Made by a program: the position numbers and the translations under genes. Of a stretch of 30,615 bases of DNA, positions 7,335 to 15,321 are shown one piece after another; within the stretch, counting starts at the first letter, position 1; every line of letters starts with the position of its first letter. The notes beneath the pieces are model-generated. The model saw nothing but the letters and a program-made list of their open reading frames with translations, did no database searches and had not been told where the DNA came from. Source of the DNA: a virus (lineage: Duplodnaviria > Caudoviricetes); the IMG/VR virus record IMGVR_UViG_3300020045_000961, positions 1 through 30,615 of that record; one strand, written 5' to 3'.

Positions 7335-8913
7335 TTAATTCTTCTACAAACGGATCTAATTCAGGATCATACTTAGGTTCACCTCTGTATCCTGCATCGT
7401 ATTCGTCACTACCTTTATATACTCTTCTCTTTTCTTTCAAAGATTTTAACTTCTTATAGTTGTTTATTATGTGTAAAGGAATAACACCATTATGAGCAAT
7501 GAATTCTTGATTGGACATAAAATTCTTATGTGCAGTTTCTTCATGAAATGCCCAACCTTCAATTTTAGTCTCTTCAATCTTACCTTCTTTGTTAAAAGAT
7601 TTTAATATCTCACGAATAGTTACTGTATTAACCGGCTTGCGAGTATAGAATGCATCATGACATAATAGTAAGATTTCTGATTCTTCAGAGGCCGCCATTA
7701 GTGCATTCATAATCATGCGTTCTGATTGTTGATAGCAAAATGCAATAACTTTATTAATACTTAATTGTCCACGTTTATTTTTTAATTCTTCCCTTTGAAG
7801 GCCAGGCAGATTCTTAATATCGTTATAAATTAAACGATTCATAATCTCTTGTTCTTCAACAAATTCCTTAACCCAACTATCTTCTAAAAAGATTTTACGT
7901 TTATGTGGATCTTTTAATATCTCAGATAAGGCTGATGTTTTCCAAGTCTTTCCATTATCTAATGTCCATACTGTATTTTGTGCCTTTGCTCCAAACCCTA
8001 TTGCTGTAATTAATTGCTTAACAATCGCAAGTGAGAATTTATTATCTTCAAACCCTATTAGAGCAACCTTAGACTTTCGAATTGCTTCTTTCTTATCTAA
8101 ATATTCTATAGTTGCTGGAAATTTAGCAGTAGGATCTATTTCCGTTGCATTAGATAGTTTCCAGGCAAATACACTATTTTCTAAATCATATTGATAACTG
8201 CGGCCTAGTGCAGCATTGCGAACCTCTTTAGGAACTGATTGTAAATTAACTCCTGTAAGGTATTGTCTACCAAATTCGCTTTCTTTTATTAATTGAGGAA
8301 GACTGAATATACCATACAGTTCCTCTGAGAATGTTGCAAGTTTCTTAATTTTTTTTGCATCATTTAGATAATCATCGATTCTACCATATCTTTTTGGTAA
8401 TGATAGATTTGCAGAGATATATGCATCTAACGAGCGTTGATCTATAGGGGTCCATTTAACAATCTTAGGATTAGTTAAATCTTCTATGTTTTCAATTTTA
8501 TCCAGAATATAGTAAGTGAATAACTCTTCCGGAGTTAGAATAGCCTCAACTTCTTTAGACCATTCTGCATTATGTATGGGAGTTACCATTGTTCTTATAC
8601 CTTTAAAACTATTACCTTTTTCTACTATTGTGACTATTGGATAATGCGTATGTAACCAATCTAGCCAATAATGTTGATTATTATATCTGGGAAGAGTTCT
8701 TCGAATTAATTCCCATTCGAATGGACATGTATTTGAAGTGAGTTGTTCTCCGGTTGCGTAAAGTGTTCCTTTACATATCTGCTCACCAAATAACTCAAAA
8801 TATTGATTCAATATTTGTAAGTGATTAGTTCGTTGCCCGGAATATTCCTTTTGCATCTCGATAATAATCGATGATACATCATAAGGATGATTGAATATCA
8901 ATTTTGCTGTCAT
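7321..8913 (-). CDS. Family A polymerase-like protein (TV-Pol-like), no exonuclease domain
   Basis: GRQY...NLQSVPK..R.A, motif A YDLEN, motif B KQLITAIGFG, N...YQ..E and motif C LLCHDAF, in the Pol A order. Confidence 0.75.
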   Translation of the reverse strand: MTAKLIFNHPYDVSSIIIEMQKEYSGQRTNHLQILNQYFELFGEQICKGTLYATGEQLTSNTCPFEWELIRRTLPRYNNQHYWLDWLHTHYPIVTIVEKGNSFKGIRTMVTPIHNAEWSKEVEAILTPEELFTYYILDKIENIEDLTNPKIVKWTPIDQRSLDAYISANLSLPKRYGRIDDYLNDAKKIKKLATFSEELYGIFSLPQLIKESEFGRQYLTGVNLQSVPKEVRNAALGRSYQYDLENSVFAWKLSNATEIDPTAKFPATIEYLDKKEAIRKSKVALIGFEDNKFSLAIVKQLITAIGFGAKAQNTVWTLDNGKTWKTSALSEILKDPHKRKIFLEDSWVKEFVEEQEIMNRLIYNDIKNLPGLQREELKNKRGQLSINKVIAFCYQQSERMIMNALMAASEESEILLLCHDAFYTRKPVNTVTIREILKSFNKEGKIEETKIEGWAFHEETAHKNFMSNQEFIAHNGVIPLHIINNYKKLKSLKEKRRVYKGSDEYDAGYRGEPKYDPELDPFVEELNDKN

Positions 8914-9028
8914 TTAACTTATTATTTTTATAGGATCCGTTGATTATCACACACGCCAACGGTAACGCCCTTAAGAGAAATAAGTATCCAAAAATGAAAA
9001 AGGATATAAGAAACTCTTTGTGCTACAT

Positions 9029-9062
9029 TATTTATTATAAAGAGAAAATTATCAGGTGTAAA
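9029..9062 (-). promoter_or_regulatory. Composite promoter of the polymerase gene (sigma70 plus TAAATA)
   Basis: TTTACA (9057-9062)-17 nt-TATAAT (9034-9039), overlapped by TAAATA (9029-9034). Confidence 0.65.
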
Positions 9063-9167
9063 GAGGTTTGAGTAGAAGAAGGAGAAGCAAGGAACTTAAC
9101 TCGTTTCCTTTCTAACAAAGGGGTCCTTGGACCTCTTTGCTGCGGATTTATTCATCTTATATCATTT

Positions 9168-9216
9168 AGCCTCACACGAGTTTTGAAAGGACTGCGGAGA
9201 GCCTCACACGAGTTTT
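9168..9216. repeat. Two perfect 17-bp direct repeats AGCCTCACACGAGTTTT (iteron-like)
   Basis: Copies at 9168-9184 and 9200-9216 with a 32-bp period, non-coding, next to hairpin 9116-9139. Confidence 0.85.
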
Positions 9217-9221
9217 AAGTC

Positions 9222-9248
9222 AAAGAAAAGCACTCTCAAGGAGTGCTT
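9222..9248 (-). terminator. Intrinsic terminator
   Basis: AAGCACTC-CTTGA-GAGTGCTT followed by TTCTTT, downstream of 9273..9509. Confidence 0.8.
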
Positions 9249-9272
9249 GTGATTTTGTAAATCTTCTTCTAT

Positions 9273-9509
9273 TTACTTGAACGGTAAGATCGTAGCGAAT
9301 GGTTTGCTATTAAACACACTCAACTTTAGATTATTCCAATTAGTAGATACCCACTTTGAGTTAGCCTCATTAATAATTAGATCTGGAGAAATATCCATTG
9401 CTGCATTTGTTGCATTATTTCCTTCTACAAAAATCCAAAAAGGATCGAGATGGTCGTCTATATCTCCGTTATCTAAGTGTGCAACTGCTATAAAGCGATA
9501 TATTTTCAT
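9273..9509 (-). CDS. Hypothetical protein in a monocistronic unit
   Basis: 78 aa with its own near-consensus sigma70 promoter and terminator. Confidence 0.7.
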   Translation of the reverse strand: MKIYRFIAVAHLDNGDIDDHLDPFWIFVEGNNATNAAMDISPDLIINEANSKWVSTNWNNLKLSVFNSKPFATILPFK

Positions 9510-9554
9510 TTTAACTTTCTATAATAGACTATGCGAAATGCTATGTCTACATTA

Positions 9555-9583
9555 ATTATATATTGGTTTTACCTATAAGTCAA
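9555..9583 (-). promoter_or_regulatory. Strong sigma70-type promoter
   Basis: TTGACT-17 nt-TATAAT. Confidence 0.8.
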
Positions 9584-9597
9584 GAGAAAAATTAGCC

Positions 9598-9624
9598 AAA
9601 GAAAAGCCCACCGAATTGTGGGCT
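9598..9624 (-). terminator. Intrinsic terminator
   Basis: AGCCCAC-AATTCG-GTGGGCT followed by TTTCTTT. Confidence 0.8.
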
Positions 9625-9655
9625 AGTCTATACTTTTGTTCATTAATATTTACCC

Positions 9656-9791
9656 AAAAGAAAACCCCAGGAACACTACTAACGGGGGTTTTCTAATCGA
9701 TACGAACAATATCGAGTGTCGGAGAACAACAATGTAAGCACACAACGATCAAGGAGATCCTAAAATGAAACTAAAAGGATACATGCTTACA
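9656..9791 (-). ncRNA. Putative ~135-nt structured small RNA
   Basis: TAAATA at 9796-9801 just upstream. Stems 9733-9740/9784-9791, 9757-9761/9776-9780 and 9697-9702/9710-9715. Terminal 10-bp stem 9659-9668/9685-9694 plus U tract. No sense ORF. Confidence 0.6.
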
Positions 9792-9794
9792 ATT

Positions 9795-10193
9795 TTATTT
9801 ATCATTGATTTTCTTTTTCATCTTAATATCTTCTGTTTTTCTACAAATAGAACATTTACGTGTGTAACTACCTTCTCGTAATTTATAGACAAAATTCTGT
9901 GAAATAACTTCAGAATCACACAATTCACAGGTGCTTTTTACAGGTTTATGACGAAAAACTACAGGATATATTGTAGAATTATGTTGTTTTAGGTTAGACT
10001 CACTATCGTCAATTTCTTTATATAATTCATCTAACTCGTCTACAGAAATAGGAATTTTCTTTGCGGGGCCTGGTCTCTTAGGTTGGTTACTTGTAGTTTT
10101 AGATCGTGTTTTTAATGCAGTATATGAGTTATGAACAGTCATAGACCAATCGCAAAACTTATCAAGGTATTCTTTAAATTTTATTGCATTCAT
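9795..10193 (-). CDS. Hypothetical protein with C-terminal zinc ribbon
   Basis: CELC...CSIC pairs and a basic N-terminal half. Confidence 0.7.
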   Translation of the reverse strand: MNAIKFKEYLDKFCDWSMTVHNSYTALKTRSKTTSNQPKRPGPAKKIPISVDELDELYKEIDDSESNLKQHNSTIYPVVFRHKPVKSTCELCDSEVISQNFVYKLREGSYTRKCSICRKTEDIKMKKKINDK

Positions 10194-10231
10194 ACTCTTA
10201 ATTATTTTAGAGCATAAAATAAGAAGGATCT

Positions 10232-10417
10232 TTAGGCTATTTGATCTAATTGTTTCTGCAACTCGGCAATCTTTTCCGATAACAATTGTTGACTTGCTTG
10301 GGCTTCAATCTCTTTCCTAATTTGACCTATTGCCTCTGCAACTTCGACTCCAGAAAATTCAGAATAAATCTGTCTCATTAAAGTTAAGATTCGTTCTTTA
10401 GGTGTAATATTATTCAT
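10232..10417 (-). CDS. Small helical hypothetical protein, probably leaderless
   Basis: 61 aa. TAAATA (10423-10428) lies 5 nt before the ATG and there is no SD. Confidence 0.65.
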   Translation of the reverse strand: MNNITPKERILTLMRQIYSEFSGVEVAEAIGQIRKEIEAQASQQLLSEKIAELQKQLDQIA

Positions 10418-10434
10418 AATATTATTTACTATGA

Positions 10435-10851
10435 TTAATTGTTTCTAGAAGTTTTAGTGATTTCTAAAGTTAATATCTTTTCTCGTATTCTAGTAAGTTC
10501 AATAATTGTTTTACTATCAGCATCTTTTAACGAGGAAATATCACCCTGAAGATTTGCCCATAATCCTAGTGCTGCTACTTGGGCTATTCCAAGCACCCAA
10601 GCCATAATTTTCCAAGCACCTTTACCTTGATTAATAAGCGTATCTTCTGTATTCACTCTAGATTCAAATGTTTGTATATGAGTATCAAGTTTATCAGCAA
10701 TATCGGTAATAGTTCTTGTGTTAGCCTCAAGATTAAGATTAATAGAATGTAATACAATTAAGAATGCTCGTTGTTTAGGATCATTCTCATCTGCAATCAT
10801 CTGCGATATATCGAGCGATTGATTATCGCTTATTCTTCTATTTTCTACCAT
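10435..10851 (-). CDS. Coiled-coil protein with one transmembrane helix (possible lysis/membrane protein)
   Basis: GKGAWKIMAWVLGIAQVAALGLW hydrophobic helix flanked by coiled coils. TAAATA at 10886-10891. Confidence 0.65.
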   Translation of the reverse strand: MVENRRISDNQSLDISQMIADENDPKQRAFLIVLHSINLNLEANTRTITDIADKLDTHIQTFESRVNTEDTLINQGKGAWKIMAWVLGIAQVAALGLWANLQGDISSLKDADSKTIIELTRIREKILTLEITKTSRNN

Positions 10852-10918
10852 ATTATTCCCTATTGTTGGGAATAATTCCCAACTATATTTATTTTGTATT
10901 ACTGATTTATGTGATTAG

Positions 10919-11269
10919 TTAATTTAAAACTAGATCCCAATTAATATTTTGCTCGTTCCAAACATATAATTGTCCATCCTGAGGTTTATTAACTGGAGCT
11001 TTCCATAAGCAAGTATTCTCATCTAATATCCAACTTGAATGAGGTTTAACAGGAATAAATGCATCTCTTAATGCATCATATGCATACCCTACACACGCAT
11101 AATTTTTTCTCAACGGAATACCATTTAAATTATGGTTGCCCGCATATGTATTATAACTGGTTTGAATCCACATACTAGGAGATCCGAATATTCCAGAAAG
11201 GATAACTTCAGGATCAACAACAATTACTTGCTCTACTCTATTATTAATTACTTTTGCAAAATGTGCCAT
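10919..11269 (-). CDS. Conserved phage protein that accompanies glycine-rich fibre genes
   Basis: Likely start MAHFAK at 11269. WIQTSYNT...RKNYA..GY.YD...DAFIP..P..SW motif that I recall from aquatic phages. Confidence 0.7.
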   Translation of the reverse strand: MAHFAKVINNRVEQVIVVDPEVILSGIFGSPSMWIQTSYNTYAGNHNLNGIPLRKNYACVGYAYDALRDAFIPVKPHSSWILDENTCLWKAPVNKPQDGQLYVWNEQNINWDLVLN

Positions 11270-11277
11270 ACTAACCC

Positions 11278-12336
11278 TTAAAATGTAATGGAACCCGAAG
11301 AGGTCCATTTATAAATTTTATATCCGCCAGAATTTGTATATGTAGGAGATCCTACTAAAGATCGTGCATCGTCATATGTATTTGGATATCGAATTATAAC
11401 AACGCCTGAACCGCCTGAACCGCCTGAACCACTTGCGCCTGCACCGCCGCCGCCACCACCAGTATTTGCAGTTCCGTTATTTCCGTTTCCTGTTCCGCCC
11501 GCGCCCGCGCCGCCGCCGCCAGTTCCGCCCGCGCCTGCTGTATACGGAGCTTGATTTTGATTCCCACCACCTCCTCCTGCATAAGTGATTGCAGAACCTG
11601 TAATACTATTAGATATACCATTGCCGCCGTCACCTGCAACAGAAGAGGTAACAGAAGTTGCTGAAGTTGATGCGCCACCTCCGCCTGCTGAAGGATAAGG
11701 TGAGCCGGTAAAAGTTACAGTTCCACCGTTATTTCCTTGCCCTATAACTCCTACTCCTCCTAATAATGCGGATCCACTAGAGGCACCGCCGCCTCCTCCG
11801 GATCCGCCGCCTGCTGCATTTGCAACGTTAGCTGTTCCACCATTACCGCCGCCTGCAGCAACTATTGTTCCAAATGTCGAAGAAGAACCAACTAGTGCTG
11901 CTCCTCCTGTTCCTCCGGCGCCGACGGTAACAGATACAGGAACATTAAACGACATGGAATATGTTCCTGTAGTATATCCTCCTGCTCCGCCGCCACCGGT
12001 AATGCCAGGGCCTCCGCCACCAACTACTAGATATTCTACAGAAGGAGGGTTATTAGGAACGATTGTTAATACTTCTGCTAAATTATGAGCATATACCCAT
12101 TTAACTGAAACTGGATCCCATGTTGCTATTACTCCTTGAACGGTAGTTGATGCATTAATATCAGAATCACTATCGGAAATAATTTTGATTGTTCCCGTAG
12201 TAGAAAGGGACGAGTTTAAATCAAAACGCGAAACAGGTGTAATATATGTGGATGTTCCTGAAGACCCCCCAGATCCTGCTGAACCTGTATATCCAGTAAC
12301 TCTTGTTTGAATAATATCTCTTAAATTAGTTGCCAT
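11278..12336 (-). CDS. Glycine-rich virion fibre/adhesin protein
   Basis: Start MATNLRD at 12336 (GAGGAATAAA-ATG). VEYLVVGGGG...GGSGVVIIRY...YKIYKWTSSGSITF glycine-rich domain. Confidence 0.8.
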   Translation of the reverse strand: MATNLRDIIQTRVTGYTGSAGSGGSSGTSTYITPVSRFDLNSSLSTTGTIKIISDSDSDINASTTVQGVIATWDPVSVKWVYAHNLAEVLTIVPNNPPSVEYLVVGGGGPGITGGGGAGGYTTGTYSMSFNVPVSVTVGAGGTGGAALVGSSSTFGTIVAAGGGNGGTANVANAAGGGSGGGGGASSGSALLGGVGVIGQGNNGGTVTFTGSPYPSAGGGGASTSATSVTSSVAGDGGNGISNSITGSAITYAGGGGGNQNQAPYTAGAGGTGGGGAGAGGTGNGNNGTANTGGGGGGAGASGSGGSGGSGVVIIRYPNTYDDARSLVGSPTYTNSGGYKIYKWTSSGSITF

Positions 12337-12337
12337 T

Positions 12338-12499
12338 TTATTCCTCTGTAGTAGTGTAAATTTCAATAGGGGTATTGCCTAAATTTACCCAATCGATATA
12401 TTCTTTAAAATCGATATCGTCAATTGATTGACAGGGAGCAACAATTTTATTATCACTTTCCCTTATAACAACGCCTTCGTTAATTACTAATTTAAACAT
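12338..12499 (-). CDS. Small tail-fibre assembly-like protein (53 aa)
   Basis: MFKLVINEGVVIRESD...DFKEYIDWVNLGNTP, exactly fills the gap behind a fibre gene. Confidence 0.7.
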   Translation of the reverse strand: MFKLVINEGVVIRESDNKIVAPCQSIDDIDFKEYIDWVNLGNTPIEIYTTTEE

Positions 12500-12500
12500 T

Positions 12501-15320
12501 TTATTGATCCGTTTCTATATATATTGAGCAGATATCTAAAGTAGCTGCTAATGCAGTTGCATTATTAGTTCTCCACGATTGAGAAGTTAATAATGTAGTT
12601 GCAGCAGGTATTACTGTTCCTGCTCCACTTAATGTTCCTGTTGCTTTTGCACCTGTTAAAATATTTAATACTTCGTAGTATATTACTCCAGTAGTTGATG
12701 GAGGTGCAAATAATGATAAATCAAATGCTAAAGTATTATTTGTAATAGGAAAATTAGTTGATCCTAAAGGAATAGCAGTTTGCGCAGCAGACCCTCCATA
12801 CACAATATATAATTGAGTAGAATCAGTTGATAATTGAGCAACACCTACACAATTTACTAATGTATTAGGTTCAACATTGGTTGCTGCTGCTGTAGAAGCA
12901 GCCAATCCTACAAACATTCTAGCTCCGGCTACAGTAGCTGTATCACCTATTCCAAATCTAATAATATAGTGAAATCCACCTAAAGGAGTTGCTCCACCTG
13001 TGCCTGTTGTAAATTGAGCCGCAGTCAATCTTAAACTTCCTAAAGTTCCAGCAGTAGTCGATGATTGAACTCCACTTCTCCGCATTCTTGTTAATACATT
13101 AGTAGTTGCTACAGATTTAGATAATAATGCAGTTCCTGCATTCGAAACTACAGTTAATGCTCCTAATCCGAATATAGAAGGAGCAGTTGTTGCACCGCCG
13201 CCGGGATTCCACATACCTATTTTATTTCTAGCAAGGAACGGTTGTAATGCGCTATCTAATCCACTAGGTCCCATAAAAGTGGGCATTACTCTATTTGCTA
13301 CTGTTTTCGTAAACAGATTCATATAACCAGCAGGAGGCAAAGGAGGACTTGATGCGTGTGTAGGAATAACAAAGGTGCTATTCTCGTCATCAAATGAGTC
13401 TATACTAACTCCTGTCCAACCACCTGTCGATGTTCCTGCAATTATTATTGCAGAACCTTGTGCAATTGATAAAGGAGCATCTGCTGCGCCAGCATCAATT
13501 GTTTCTCCTGATTCAGGATATATTAATAAAGTATTAGCTCCGTGATTTACAATTTGAATGTAAGATGTTGAAGTAGCAGTAGGCAATCTTACTCCCCCAC
13601 CTACTGGAGTTGTTGTAATAAAATTAATTATTGCAGATAGTCCAAGGGCGCCGGCCTGTCCTCCGGTGGTTGCAGTTAACGCATCTGCCGTAGTCCAACT
13701 TGAGCCACCACCGGATCCAGATGATCCGGTGTAGCCTACACCAATTGAACCAGTAAATCCTACACTACCTACAAAACCAGTTGTTCCCTGTGATCCATTA
13801 AAACCAATGCTACCTACAAAACCAGTTGTTCCCTGTGATCCATTAAAACCAGTTGTTCCTTGACTACCAGTAAACCCAGCACCGGTTGAACCAGTATATC
13901 CTACACTTCCTATTGATCCATTATATCCTGCAACTCCAATTGAAGTAGTAACAGTCCAATTTCCACCAAAGTATACAAAATTAACATCAATATTTTTAGC
14001 ATCAATAAGTAAATCATCTGCAATCAATGCAATAGTATTACCATTACGTAAAATAGTAATAGGATTTGCTGCCCAATCAAAGCCGTCGGTTAGTGTTACA
14101 TAATCTCCATTTGATGGTGAATTAGGTAGGGTAACATTAAATGATCCTGAGCCGGAATTTACAATATATCTGCTATTCACAGAGGCAGTAAAACCTACAC
14201 TTTGTAAAGTCCAAGAAGGAAGTGCACCTGTGCTACCTACAAAACCGGTTGAACCAGTAAATCCCACATCTCCATTACTTCCTTGACTACCAGTAAAACC
14301 AGCACCTGTTGAACCAGTAAATCCTAAACTTCCATTACTTCCTTGAGATCCTACAAATCCAATTAGTCCTACTTCGCCTTGGCTACCTGTAAATCCATTA
14401 CCTCCGGTTGAACCGGTAAATCCTAAACTTCCTACAAAACCAGTTGAACCAGTAAATCCTACACTTCCTATAAAACCAGTTGAACCAGTAAATCCAGAGG
14501 TTCCTGTCTCTCCTTGAATACCCGTTGAACCAGTAAAACCAATGCTACCTACAAAACCAGTAGGTCCAACTATTGTTCCAACATCTGTAAATCCGTTAAC
14601 TGGTCCTGAGATTGTATATACCCATAAATGACCTGTGTTAGATGTAATATATCCATCGCCTTCTACTTGTCCTGAAGAAGGTAATAAGGAGGAGTTATCT
14701 ACTGTTCCTTTAATATTAACTGATGTTCCGTCAGACCCTTTAGATCCTACATATCCTTGAGGACCCTCAGTTCCTATTGAGCCAACAAATCCAATTGTGC
14801 CCTGTGAGCCAACAAACCCTACTCCTGTAGAACCAGTAAAACCATTACTTCCTGTAGAACCAGTAAAACCAGTTAGTCCGGTATCACCTTGGAGTCCTAC
14901 ATCACCAACTGAACCAGTAAAGCCAGTTAGTCCTACATCACCTACTGAACCAGTAAAGCCAGTTAGTCCTACATCGCCAACTGAACCAGTAAAGCCAGTT
15001 AGTCCTACATCGCCAACTTCACCTACACTACCAGTAAATCCAATAGTTCCTGTAGAACCAGTAAAGCCAGTTAGTCCTACTTCACCAACTGAACCAGTAA
15101 AACCTACGCCTGTTGAACCAGTAAAACCATTACTTCCTACAAAACCAGTTGTGCCCTGTGATCCATTGAAGCCGGTTAATCCCACATCTCCATTACTTCC
15201 TTGACTACCAGTAAACCCAGCACCTGTTGAACCAGTAAATCCTAAACTTCCTATCGATCCAGTAAATCCCGTAGATACAAGACCAGATTGAACTAAATCT
15301 CTAATATTAGTTGTTGTCAT
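12501..15320 (-). CDS. Collagen-like (GFTGS/G-X-Y) fibre protein
   Basis: Start MTTTNIRD at 15320 (AAGGAATAAA-ATG). Long Gly-X-Y tracts separated by globular modules, and a beta-rich C-terminal head. Confidence 0.85.
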   Translation of the reverse strand: MTTTNIRDLVQSGLVSTGFTGSIGSLGFTGSTGAGFTGSQGSNGDVGLTGFNGSQGTTGFVGSNGFTGSTGVGFTGSVGEVGLTGFTGSTGTIGFTGSVGEVGDVGLTGFTGSVGDVGLTGFTGSVGDVGLTGFTGSVGDVGLQGDTGLTGFTGSTGSNGFTGSTGVGFVGSQGTIGFVGSIGTEGPQGYVGSKGSDGTSVNIKGTVDNSSLLPSSGQVEGDGYITSNTGHLWVYTISGPVNGFTDVGTIVGPTGFVGSIGFTGSTGIQGETGTSGFTGSTGFIGSVGFTGSTGFVGSLGFTGSTGGNGFTGSQGEVGLIGFVGSQGSNGSLGFTGSTGAGFTGSQGSNGDVGFTGSTGFVGSTGALPSWTLQSVGFTASVNSRYIVNSGSGSFNVTLPNSPSNGDYVTLTDGFDWAANPITILRNGNTIALIADDLLIDAKNIDVNFVYFGGNWTVTTSIGVAGYNGSIGSVGYTGSTGAGFTGSQGTTGFNGSQGTTGFVGSIGFNGSQGTTGFVGSVGFTGSIGVGYTGSSGSGGGSSWTTADALTATTGGQAGALGLSAIINFITTTPVGGGVRLPTATSTSYIQIVNHGANTLLIYPESGETIDAGAADAPLSIAQGSAIIIAGTSTGGWTGVSIDSFDDENSTFVIPTHASSPPLPPAGYMNLFTKTVANRVMPTFMGPSGLDSALQPFLARNKIGMWNPGGGATTAPSIFGLGALTVVSNAGTALLSKSVATTNVLTRMRRSGVQSSTTAGTLGSLRLTAAQFTTGTGGATPLGGFHYIIRFGIGDTATVAGARMFVGLAASTAAATNVEPNTLVNCVGVAQLSTDSTQLYIVYGGSAAQTAIPLGSTNFPITNNTLAFDLSLFAPPSTTGVIYYEVLNILTGAKATGTLSGAGTVIPAATTLLTSQSWRTNNATALAATLDICSIYIETDQ
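14860..15130. repeat. Coding tandem repeats (36-bp unit, GFTGSVGDVGLT)
   Basis: Near-identical ACTGAACCAGTAAAGCCAGTTAGTCCTACATC units at about 14908, 14944 and 14980, with degenerate flanks. Confidence 0.85.
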
Positions 15321-15321
15321 T

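Noticed and set aside
9168-9216. Mini-CRISPR array
   Set aside because: Only two 17-bp repeats with a 15-bp spacer, too short, and no cas genes.
9765-9881. Plus-strand 38-aa hydrophobic ORF (MKLKGYMLTILFII...) as a type I toxin
   Set aside because: It has a good SD, but its hydrophobicity is expected from the antisense of the Lys-rich end of 9795..10193 and I saw no plus-strand promoter. Kept only as an alternative to the sRNA model.
14797-15204. Plus-strand Pro-rich 135-aa ORF
   Set aside because: Antisense shadow of the Gly-X-Y repeats, with no RBS or promoter.
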